Below, piece by piece: positions 1 through 7,654 of a DNA stretch of 26,612 bases. The stretch comes from a virus. Its lineage: Duplodnaviria > Caudoviricetes. The notes under the pieces were generated by a model. It was not told the origin of the DNA. It did not search any database and saw nothing but the letters and a program-made list of their open reading frames with translations. A program made the translations under genes and the position numbers. How positions within the stretch are numbered: position 1 is the first letter of the stretch; each line of letters begins with the position of its first letter. The stretch covers positions 1-26,612 of the IMG/VR virus record IMGVR_UViG_3300007987_000072; one strand, written 5' to 3'.

Positions 1-299
1 ACAACTGCTGCGCATTGCGGATATGCTATCTTATCAAGTGCGATCTGTTGCTCAGTCTTGTTTTGTTGTCTTTTTTCTTTATATATGCTGTAAATTTCTT
101 TACGTTTTGATGTAATGCTATCAGTAGCATACACAACAACATCAGCTCTTGTTTTTCGCAATAAGAATTGAAGTTTTAGAAGAAATCCATATATTACAAA
201 AGTAGGCAATTCATTATGTGATAATCTATGCTTTGCCAAACTGAATTTGACCGCATGTAAAACACCACTAACATCCAGTATTAATATTCTTCTTGACAT
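1..299 (-). CDS. 5'-3' exonuclease / flap endonuclease (PolI N-terminal or T4 RNase H-like), truncated by the window edge
   Basis: Not in the ORF track. Manual translation from ATG 299 (RBS AAGGTGGGAG) gives MSRRILILDVSGVLHAVKFS...PTFVIYGFLLKLQFLL...VVYATDS...RKEIYSIYKEKR, matching the FEN/PIN N-terminal pattern (LxLD, PTxxxYGF, RxxxYxxYKxxR). Confidence 0.8.
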   Translation of the reverse strand, partial: MSRRILILDVSGVLHAVKFSLAKHRLSHNELPTFVIYGFLLKLQFLLRKTRADVVVYATDSITSKRKEIYSIYKEKRQQNKTEQQIALDKIAYPQCAAV

Positions 300-310
300 C
301 TCCCACCTTT

Positions 311-345
311 AAAAAAGGGGTATCCCTTTTAAAGTATACCCCTTT
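311..345 (-). terminator. Rho-independent terminator-like hairpin after the acidic protein gene
   Basis: Inverted repeat AAAGGGGTAT (314-323) / ATACCCCTTT (336-345), ending in a T-run on the minus strand. Confidence 0.7.
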
Positions 346-378
346 GTCATTAAAATAAAACTAAATCATATAAGATTA

Positions 379-1011
379 TTAATCATCGGAATTATCGTCA
401 TCGGAATCATCGTCATCCCAATCATTATCATCCCAATCTTCCGAATCCTCATCTTCGTCTGCATCTTCTTCGTCTGCATCTTCTTCAAATAAAGCTTCTA
501 CTACAGCAGTTCGAATTTCAGCAAGCTTCATACCTTTGATATCAATATCAAGTTCTTGTTCTTCAATCAATTCAACAAGTTCAGCTTTTTTCATTTTTTT
601 GATATCATCTTCTGTGATATCATCTTCGTCCTCTTCCTCGTCCTCTTCCTCGTCCTCTTCTTCGTCCTTAGGAACACTTTTTGATTTTGAAGAAGTTTTC
701 TCTTTTACAGGTTCTTCCTCTTCTTCCATCTCTTCTTCCTCTTCTTCAATATCAAGTTTTTCAAGAAGATCATCGAACTTTTCGATAAGCTTGTCTGATA
801 GAAGATTGAACATCTCATCAGCTTTTTCCATGGCATCATCATCAAATTTAATGCTTTCTGTTAATGAAAATCCGAGTTTTGCTTTGCCGAAATCACTAGA
901 AGTTCCAACAGTTACAGTCAATGTATTATTTGGCATAATTTCTTTTAATTCAGTTGAAGATTCAATTTTAGGTGCGACTTTAGTTTTAGTAGGACGTTTT
1001 CTGATTGGCAT
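379..1011 (-). CDS. Highly acidic protein with a Rho-N/HeH-like helical domain
   Basis: 210 aa with long D/E tracts and a basic N-terminus. Segment DIKKMKKAELVELIEEQELDIDIKGMKLAEIRTAVVEAL resembles Rho-N/SAP/HeH folds. RBS GGAG. Confidence 0.7.
   Translation of the reverse strand: MPIRKRPTKTKVAPKIESSTELKEIMPNNTLTVTVGTSSDFGKAKLGFSLTESIKFDDDAMEKADEMFNLLSDKLIEKFDDLLEKLDIEEEEEEMEEEEEPVKEKTSSKSKSVPKDEEEDEEEDEEEDEDDITEDDIKKMKKAELVELIEEQELDIDIKGMKLAEIRTAVVEALFEEDADEEDADEDEDSEDWDDNDWDDDDSDDDNSDD
626..668. repeat. 12-bp tandem coding repeat (encodes EEED units)
   Basis: TCGTCCTCTTCC-type unit repeated about 3.5 times inside the acidic protein gene. Confidence 0.7.
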
Positions 1012-1024
1012 TTTAATTCTCCGT

Positions 1025-3427
1025 TTAGTATTTGCGCTTTCTTTTTGGTTTTAGATTTTCCATTACCGTGTCGTATGTTTTTTGACATAGTTGGAAAAGC
1101 TCCTCTTCTAAATCATTGGATTCTATATGCTTAATAATTTCATTCAATGATCTGTGTTTTGGATTGCCTTTAGCATCTGTTTTTTGAGGAATAAATCCTT
1201 TCGTGTTAATGCTTCCAGCAGTTCCTGTCCAATCACCTTCATCAATCATAAAATGAATGCATGATTTTATGTTGTCTACTCCGTAATCAAATAATACAGG
1301 AAAGTAGGCTTCTCCATGTCGCCCAGTAAGTTTGTTTTTTGTGATCTTAGCTTGAACGTTGGTAGAAACAACTCGTTTACCTTCTTTCTCTCTCTTTTGA
1401 CAGGCAAGCCAAATTTCATGAAAAGCATAAAATTTTAAAGCTTTGCCACCAGATCTGACTTTAGGAGTAAATTTAGCTCCGAAACCAATATTATCTCTTG
1501 TTTGAGATATTATCATGAGTACAGAACCGCTATCTGATAATTCTTGTATTCGTTGAGAAAACATTTCAGATGCTTTTTTAGCTTTACCATCGCCATAACT
1601 TCCAGTAACAGCATTGCCTTTTTCCCTTGCTTTTCTATTATCTTCATCCTTCTCTAATGCTGCTTCAGAAGTTAATCCATCAAATGAATCTAATAAGTAA
1701 ATGCATGGACGCTTATCACGTAAATTTCTAGCAAGATTATCATTGAATTCTTCTATTGTCTTGCTTCGAATATTTTCAATTCTATCTGCTAATTCTTTGT
1801 TGAATAGATATGCAATATCGAATTCATTTGCATCTTCAACATCATCATTGATAAATCGAAAATTATCAAATCGAGAATCTAAAGAACATTCAGCGAAAAC
1901 AGTTAAAGCAAATAAGGTGTTGTGACTGATAAAACCATTACTCCAAAATAAATGAGTTTCAGGTATGTGAACATCATACACAACTGTCTTTTTTTCCCTA
2001 CAGATAACACTCTCTATCATATCAAAGTGGTATCCAGACTTATCTATAAACTTGTACAAGGATAAATCAATAGGTAGTTTTTCAAATAGATGGATAAATT
2101 CCTTTATCATCTTTTTTGATCCATTTACTGTTGATGCAAATTTTATTCTGGGAAAATGACCATCATAGTTCTTACATCTACCATTAACAGACCATCCTAA
2201 TTTTACTCTAAGTTTGTCAATATCCTCCTTCATCTTTTGGACTAAATTAGGAACTGAATCAAAGTCACTATTTCTGAACTCTGACTTATTTGATATAGAG
2301 TATTTGTTGCTTCCTATCTTCTCCTTATAAATATTGAGTTCATCACCATAGAAAGAAACAGACCAATAAATATGATCTTGAAAATTAACACCATCAAATG
2401 CTCCATTTTTAGATTGTAATGATGAGATTATCCCAAAATTGAGAAGCATTAAATGTACTTGTTTGGCCAATACTTCTGATGCAGTATTGTAAGTTATTTG
2501 TCTGTCATTACCCCAACTGTCACAATCTATCAAAGCCTGTAGAAATGATGCTTGAATAGATTTTGGAGATAGTAGAATACATTCAGGAACATACTTGATA
2601 CGGGCAGTAAATTTCTCAGTATTCCCAAAAATCTCTAGCATTGTCTTCCATAAATGCTTGCTAGAAATTATCTTATCATCATTAAAATTTACATTTAATG
2701 ATTCACATATCTTATTGATATCATCAACTACATACCTCTTTGTGTTGGATATGTGAATGCAGTTAGTAGAAAAGTTGCCATCAGCAACAATATAACCAAG
2801 TAATCTAGCAAATCCTTCATTTATTACTTCCGGAATATTTGCTATTTTAACATTTGTTCCTGTAACTTTAACATTTGGAATAGAAGGAAGAACATCAGGA
2901 AAGTTATTAGTTCCTCTTGCAATTATAGCACAGTCACCTAGACGAATATCTTTCAATTTTTTCATCTCGAAAGTAAATCCAGGTGTAAATATCATAATTG
3001 GATGATCTTCTGTTCCTTCTAGTGAATATCCGTGTTTTGTTCTCACCTCTATTGTTTTGGATACTTCTTCTTTCCAAAAATGAGAGGTTGTATCAGATAT
3101 TCCTTTTGAGGTAGATAGTTCTTCAGAATAAGGAGTGATGCCAAAATTCTTATCACTTCCTATATCATCTATTTTCTCCATCCCTTTTGAGGTTAATATA
3201 TATGCATTTTTGATGCACTTACCTGCGTGAGAATCCCCTATAAGATTGATCATTTTTCCTATCAAGAATGCTCCTTCAATATGTCCAGAACATTCAAGAT
3301 TAAATGTAGTTGATCCTGTAGGAACAAGTCTACTTACATCGACTTTATTTGATTTTCTTAAAGGCTTTTCATCTGTAGTCTCCTCAAAGTCTTTAGTAAT
3401 CTTTCTTATCTTTCTTATCTTTTCCAT
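1025..3427 (-). CDS. recA: RecA/UvsX-family recombinase containing an intein (spliced product about 367 aa)
   Basis: PTGS motif, Walker A GDSHAGK|T split by the intein, Walker B LLDS, then ISQTR, SGGKALKFYA and KITKNKL. Confidence 0.93.
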   Translation of the reverse strand: MEKIRKIRKITKDFEETTDEKPLRKSNKVDVSRLVPTGSTTFNLECSGHIEGAFLIGKMINLIGDSHAGKCIKNAYILTSKGMEKIDDIGSDKNFGITPYSEELSTSKGISDTTSHFWKEEVSKTIEVRTKHGYSLEGTEDHPIMIFTPGFTFEMKKLKDIRLGDCAIIARGTNNFPDVLPSIPNVKVTGTNVKIANIPEVINEGFARLLGYIVADGNFSTNCIHISNTKRYVVDDINKICESLNVNFNDDKIISSKHLWKTMLEIFGNTEKFTARIKYVPECILLSPKSIQASFLQALIDCDSWGNDRQITYNTASEVLAKQVHLMLLNFGIISSLQSKNGAFDGVNFQDHIYWSVSFYGDELNIYKEKIGSNKYSISNKSEFRNSDFDSVPNLVQKMKEDIDKLRVKLGWSVNGRCKNYDGHFPRIKFASTVNGSKKMIKEFIHLFEKLPIDLSLYKFIDKSGYHFDMIESVICREKKTVVYDVHIPETHLFWSNGFISHNTLFALTVFAECSLDSRFDNFRFINDDVEDANEFDIAYLFNKELADRIENIRSKTIEEFNDNLARNLRDKRPCIYLLDSFDGLTSEAALEKDEDNRKAREKGNAVTGSYGDGKAKKASEMFSQRIQELSDSGSVLMIISQTRDNIGFGAKFTPKVRSGGKALKFYAFHEIWLACQKREKEGKRVVSTNVQAKITKNKLTGRHGEAYFPVLFDYGVDNIKSCIHFMIDEGDWTGTAGSINTKGFIPQKTDAKGNPKHRSLNEIIKHIESNDLEEELFQLCQKTYDTVMENLKPKRKRKY
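1919..3217 (-). mobile_element. Intein with LAGLIDADG homing endonuclease in RecA (433 aa)
   Basis: Begins CIKNAY right after GK, has block B GTEDHP, LAGLIDADG-like helices LLGYIVADG and FLQALIDCDS, block F VYDVHI, and ends ISHN followed by Thr+1. Confidence 0.93.
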
Positions 3428-3433
3428 AATGCG

Positions 3434-4411
3434 TTACCGTCTTACTTTTCTTTTTACGGTGCGTTTTACAGTTCGTTTTCTCTTTGTAGGATCTTCTTCC
3501 TCATCTTCATCTTTTGAAGATCTTGTCTTTTTTCGTGAAGTTGTACGCTTTCTTGAAGATGATTCTTCCTCATCTTCATCTTTCCACATAGGCACATCAT
3601 CGCCAGTAGAAGGAAATGGAATATCATCTTCATCATCTCCTACAAGAAGTTTCATCTTCTTTAAGGTACCTTTGAATTCTTTTTCAAGTTCTTCATAAGA
3701 TGGATGCATATTTACAACTTGATCAAGAGAAAATGATTGATCAAGAATTCTATCAGGAATAGGATATTCGCGCTCAATAAATCTATGTCCTAGATATTGA
3801 GTATTTTCTTTTCCTGCTCCTTTACGTGTCCAAGCAAGTAATTTTCCTTTATCAGGATCTGAAAAGTTTTCATATCCCCCACCTCTTGGAAGTTTTGCAA
3901 TCTCTTCTATTTTCTCTTCCATAAAGAAATGAGAAGCTTCAAAGATTTGAATTCCCTTCTTTTCTTCTTCACGAGTATCATGCACCCACATTAAATAGAC
4001 TACTCTATGCTTTGCTGACAGTAACTGCCAATCTGATTTTTCAAGACGATTAGCTTTGATAAATTCACAGATAGGACAAGGAAGCCCAAAGTTCTCATAA
4101 GGACAAACATAAGGCTTATTCATTGTACCTACATTTGCATGAACAAAAATATCCAAAACATAATCAAGATCGCCCTCGGTGGTTATTGGATGATCATCAT
4201 TACCAAACGGCATATCTGGTCCTGCTTCAAAAGGAATTATATCAACAAGATGTGATCCTTCTCTACATTTCCAGAAATCTATCCCTTCAGGTACAGCTTC
4301 TTTATTAAATATGGTGGGAAAACGCCCACCTGTTGTTTTGGTGCCGGTATTATGACGATCTTGCAAACGTCTACCACCCCTCTTTTTCTTCATACGATCC
4401 CTAAAACTCAT
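3434..4411 (-). CDS. Single-stranded DNA-binding protein, gp32-like, Zn-binding
   Basis: FWK...DIIPF, H...CPYENFGLPCPICE, DPDKG motifs and an acidic C-terminal region. Lies between the UvsY-like gene and recA. Confidence 0.75.
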   Translation of the reverse strand: MSFRDRMKKKRGGRRLQDRHNTGTKTTGGRFPTIFNKEAVPEGIDFWKCREGSHLVDIIPFEAGPDMPFGNDDHPITTEGDLDYVLDIFVHANVGTMNKPYVCPYENFGLPCPICEFIKANRLEKSDWQLLSAKHRVVYLMWVHDTREEEKKGIQIFEASHFFMEEKIEEIAKLPRGGGYENFSDPDKGKLLAWTRKGAGKENTQYLGHRFIEREYPIPDRILDQSFSLDQVVNMHPSYEELEKEFKGTLKKMKLLVGDDEDDIPFPSTGDDVPMWKDEDEEESSSRKRTTSRKKTRSSKDEDEEEDPTKRKRTVKRTVKRKVRR

Positions 4412-4412
4412 A

Positions 4413-4922
4413 TCAACTTCTCCTTTTTCTTTTTCTTACTCTTGTCTTGACGGTATTGCCTTCATTATTCAATGATTCTTTTTGTGCTTTATACCCTCCA
4501 GTTTTAATAGTTCTTGTTTTTCTTCTAGGTTCAGAATGAAAGCCTGAAATTCTCATAGAGACTAGATTTTCTAATGCCCTTTTTCTGTGATCGAAGGCTG
4601 TTTTTGCAGCGAGCATTATATTAGCTTCTCTTGAATCGTCTATTAGTTTTCTTTCTACTCTTTGATACGTTGGCGTGTTTAAGATAAATTCTTTTATTGC
4701 AGGTTCTGTAGGCTTTGCATCGAAATGTTTTTCCCAGTTCTTTTTAATATCAGAATATAATTTTGCATAGGTAAGATCTAATTTTGATTTTGACATATCT
4801 CTTGCATGAAGGGCATCGGCATGAGCCTCAGCATAATAGAGAAATAAAGATCCTTGTTCTATCCATTCGCCTTCTAAATCTTCTGGATCTATCTTTATAT
4901 CTTTCTTATAATCCCTACTCAT
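4413..4922 (-). CDS. UvsY-like recombination mediator protein
   Basis: Helical 169 aa protein with IKIDPEDLEGEWIEQ...YY and AFDHRKRALENL patterns, adjacent to SSB and RecA. Confidence 0.65.
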   Translation of the reverse strand: MSRDYKKDIKIDPEDLEGEWIEQGSLFLYYAEAHADALHARDMSKSKLDLTYAKLYSDIKKNWEKHFDAKPTEPAIKEFILNTPTYQRVERKLIDDSREANIMLAAKTAFDHRKRALENLVSMRISGFHSEPRRKTRTIKTGGYKAQKESLNNEGNTVKTRVRKRKRRS

Positions 4923-5104
4923 AGCTCGTATTCCTCAAGCTCTTCCTCTTCTACAAACCATCTTTCTACTTCTACGAAAACATCACCATAATCAGCAATT
5001 AAAGATTTTGAGATCCACACTCTGTTTTCTTCAAATCTAAAGAGTATTGCTTCTCCTGTTTGAGTTATTATTCCATCATGTGCTAATTCTAAAAATTCAG
5101 ACAT
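4919..5104 (-). CDS. Hypothetical protein
   Basis: 61 aa acidic ORF, overlap-coupled at both ends, RBS GGAGG. Confidence 0.7.
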   Translation of the reverse strand: MSEFLELAHDGIITQTGEAILFRFEENRVWISKSLIADYGDVFVEVERWFVEEEELEEYEL

Positions 5105-6039
5105 TACTCATTACCTCCAAATATGGCTTCATAACAAGCTGAAGTCAATCCAGCCACTCCATCATCAAAGAAGTTTTTTCTAAATGGCTGCATTGCAAAA
5201 AACACATCATCACCACCATTATTCAATAAAACTTTATTGAAATATCCTAAAATAGGTCTTCTTGCTGATTCTCCATCACCTTTATAATTATTTAACAGAG
5301 TTTTAATTTTTACCCATTTATTCTTAGAATTCATATTGTCATTTAGAAGAGTTCTGCAAATATCAATTATTTCAGATTCAGTAGCTCCGGCAGATTGTAA
5401 TGTATGGATAGCCCTTTCTGGATCTTCCATATCAATGATCATATCGAGAAGTTTAAGAGCTTGTCCCGCTGATCCGTCTGAAAGTTCTAAAATCTTTTCT
5501 CTAATATTACTTGTTATATCTACTTTGCCTTCTTTTTTCAGTACAGTAGTTAAAAGATTATTAAGATCATTGTCTTTCAGAGGTTCAAGTTCATAGGTGT
5601 GACATCTTCTTTTAAATGTAGGTTTTAATACTTCTGGATTTGTTGTGCAGATTATCCAATGTACATATGCAGGGGGCTCTTCAAGTGATTTAAGTAAGGC
5701 CTCCTGTGCAGGTGTGGTCAAACAATGCGCCTCATCAAGAAGGAATACTTTACTTACTCCTGCAAGTGGAGAATATCGCATACTTTCAATTAAAGTTCTA
5801 ATCCCTCCAATCCCTCGATCATCAGCAGCATTTAATTCTTTCCAATCAGCATCTGAACATTTAAGGGCTCTTTTCAGTATTCGCGCAAGAGTTGTTTTTC
5901 CTGTTCCTGGAGGACCTGAAAAAAGAAAAGCGTCAGGGGGCGATGGACGTCTTAAAACAAGTCTGAGTGATTCCAAGACATTTTTATTGCCCACAAATGT
6001 CTTAAAAGATTTTGGTCTATAATCATTCTGAAGACTCAT
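5104..6039 (-). CDS. dnaX: Clamp loader ATPase, DNA Pol III gamma/tau (DnaX)-like AAA+
   Basis: YRPKSF..FVG, Walker A GPPGTGKTT, ELNAA, Walker B LLDEAH, ALLKSLEEP and RRC (SRC-like). Likely start is ATG 6039 (MSLQNDYRP), just after the upstream TAA; the ORF track extends it to 6087. Confidence 0.88.
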   Translation of the reverse strand: MSLQNDYRPKSFKTFVGNKNVLESLRLVLRRPSPPDAFLFSGPPGTGKTTLARILKRALKCSDADWKELNAADDRGIGGIRTLIESMRYSPLAGVSKVFLLDEAHCLTTPAQEALLKSLEEPPAYVHWIICTTNPEVLKPTFKRRCHTYELEPLKDNDLNNLLTTVLKKEGKVDITSNIREKILELSDGSAGQALKLLDMIIDMEDPERAIHTLQSAGATESEIIDICRTLLNDNMNSKNKWVKIKTLLNNYKGDGESARRPILGYFNKVLLNNGGDDVFFAMQPFRKNFFDDGVAGLTSACYEAIFGGNE

Positions 6040-6040
6040 A

Positions 6041-6298
6041 TTATACCTTCTTTTCCTTTCTGTAATCAGTGCAGGTTTCTGCCTCACTTTGAGGAGCTTT
6101 GCATGTCATATTAAATTCTTTGCACCATTCAATATCCAGATTAGAGCAATCATTAACTGGTAAATTATTTTTAATCTGCCAGTTTAAAAGAATATTGCAT
6201 ATAAACCTGGATCGTGAAAGTCCAAGAAGATGTGCTTCTTCTTGCAAAGCTTCCTCTAATTGATCCGGTATAGTTATTGATATTGTTTTGCTCATCAT
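6041..6298 (-). CDS. Ribbon-helix-helix (CopG/Arc-like) regulator with a Cys-rich C-terminus
   Basis: KTISITIPDQLEEALQEEAHLLGLSRSRFI fits the RHH pattern; four further Cys in the C-terminal part. Confidence 0.75.
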   Translation of the reverse strand: MMSKTISITIPDQLEEALQEEAHLLGLSRSRFICNILLNWQIKNNLPVNDCSNLDIEWCKEFNMTCKAPQSEAETCTDYRKEKKV

Positions 6299-6327
6299 TT
6301 TATTCCCCTATAAAAGTTAGTTCTGAT

Positions 6328-6356
6328 ACTATACTATGTGATAATTGAAATGTCAA
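6328..6356 (-). promoter_or_regulatory. Sigma70-type promoter
   Basis: Minus strand TTGACA-N17-TATAGT, upstream of the RHH/clamp loader/UvsY/SSB/recA run. Confidence 0.8.
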
Positions 6357-6365
6357 TATAAAGTC

Positions 6366-6379
6366 ATTAAGAACTTAAT
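6366..6379. promoter_or_regulatory. Palindromic candidate operator ATTAAG-AA-CTTAAT
   Basis: Perfect 6-bp inverted repeat just upstream of the -35 box. The 12-mer ATTAAGAACTTA recurs at 13996-14007 over another promoter. Confidence 0.45.
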
Positions 6380-6383
6380 ATTT

Positions 6384-6650
6384 TCAAACAGTTCTCCATT
6401 TTCTATTGAATTTCTGTTGATCACTTAACTCCTTTTCAAATGCCAGGAATTTAACAACTATTGCAATGTATGTACCACAAGTTGTGCATTGAATTCTGCC
6501 AGCTTTTGATTCTTCGTGTATTTCTGCCACGAGTATTAGAGGAGCTTCTTCAAGTGAATATTCACTTTCAATACATTCACCTTTATAAGTAGTTATCGGA
6601 ATAAAAGAATCACACGAAGGACATTCAATGTATACCGTATCAAAAGACAT
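6384..6650 (-). CDS. Hypothetical zinc-ribbon protein
   Basis: CPSC and CTTC pairs; abuts the upstream stop codon. Confidence 0.7.
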   Translation of the reverse strand: MSFDTVYIECPSCDSFIPITTYKGECIESEYSLEEAPLILVAEIHEESKAGRIQCTTCGTYIAIVVKFLAFEKELSDQQKFNRKWRTV

Positions 6651-7043
6651 TTAATCACCCATTAAAGTATCTTGTTCAGCCCAGTATTTCTCTATTGCAT
6701 CAAGAATTTTATCTCTGGCAGTTTTTGTTAATTGAGTTAATTGATACTCTGATATTCTCCCATCAGATTCAGCTATAAAATCTGTCATCTGTTCCCACAT
6801 TTGTTCATAGTACCATCCATTAGAGAAAAATACCTCCCTAACACTTAAACAATTATCACAATATTTGTGATGAAAAATCTTTGATCCGTATTTAAGTATC
6901 TCTCGTCTATAGTGTTCACCCCTTTGAATAATTCGATTACATTCATTACAAGAATGAAGCTTAATAGCTTTCGGTGTTAATGCATCGATCTGAATACACA
7001 TATCACCGTCAATATCAACATCAACTGTGTGGTGACAGTTCAT
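6651..7043 (-). CDS. Hypothetical Cys-containing phage protein
   Basis: CNEC..I..GE.Y...YCDNC pattern; RBS AGGA. Confidence 0.7.
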   Translation of the reverse strand: MNCHHTVDVDIDGDMCIQIDALTPKAIKLHSCNECNRIIQRGEHYRREILKYGSKIFHHKYCDNCLSVREVFFSNGWYYEQMWEQMTDFIAESDGRISEYQLTQLTKTARDKILDAIEKYWAEQDTLMGD

Positions 7044-7055
7044 AATTAAATCCTA

Positions 7056-7265
7056 TTATTTTAATATCCAATATGTGTCTTTGCAGTAATCACCATTAGT
7101 ATCAAGTCCATGAACTGAGACAAGTCCTCTTCTTACTAATGATTTTAATGAATGAGTTTCACTGGATGATGTACCTTTCCAAGTAATCTTTCCATCTTTC
7201 AGTTTTTCTATCATACGCTTTTGTAGATCGGATAAGGGTTTTGCTAATGAAGCCATTTTATTCAC
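7056..7265 (-). CDS. Small basic hypothetical protein, possibly winged-helix
   Basis: LSDLQKRMI...SLKSLVRRGLV; compact placement between neighbouring genes. Confidence 0.6.
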   Translation of the reverse strand: MNKMASLAKPLSDLQKRMIEKLKDGKITWKGTSSSETHSLKSLVRRGLVSVHGLDTNGDYCKDTYWILK

Positions 7266-7269
7266 CTTT

Positions 7270-7611
7270 TTAAGATTTGTCTAAACGAATTTCAGAGTGC
7301 TTTGTAGTAAATTGTTCAGGATATCGCCATTTGAGCTTATCGATATTTTCTTGCATTATATCCTCAAGATCCCATTCCTCAGATCTAATTATACACATGA
7401 TATACCACATAAGATCACCAATTTCTTCTCTTATGTTTTCTTTATCCGCATCTCTTCCATAGAACATTGCTTTTTTCGCAGCATCAAGAAGTTCTCCAGC
7501 TTCTGTGGATATTCCAACAATACCGTGCAATGTGGATATGTTTAGATTCCCCACATCAAAATTAGGTGATTCTGTTCTGGCAGATAAATCTTGATATGTT
7601 TTAAGATCCAT
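7270..7611 (-). CDS. MazG-like nucleoside triphosphate pyrophosphohydrolase
   Basis: GISTEAGELLDAAKK...EEIGDLMWY...NIDKLKWRYP, the all-alpha NTP-PPase ExxE...ExxD signature; RBS AAGGAG. Confidence 0.88.
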   Translation of the reverse strand: MDLKTYQDLSARTESPNFDVGNLNISTLHGIVGISTEAGELLDAAKKAMFYGRDADKENIREEIGDLMWYIMCIIRSEEWDLEDIMQENIDKLKWRYPEQFTTKHSEIRLDKS

Positions 7612-7654
7612 TGTATCTCCTTAAATTAAAAAACTTCTTATTCACATGATTAGA

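Noticed and set aside
536-1054. Plus-strand Ser-rich ORF and all other plus-strand ORFs
   Set aside because: They are antisense shadows of well-supported minus-strand genes (poly-Ser mirrors poly-Glu/Asp), with no RBS or motifs.
4835-4860. QGSLF clamp-binding-like motif in the UvsY-like protein
   Set aside because: It falls in a probably helical core segment rather than a flexible tail, so it is likely coincidental.
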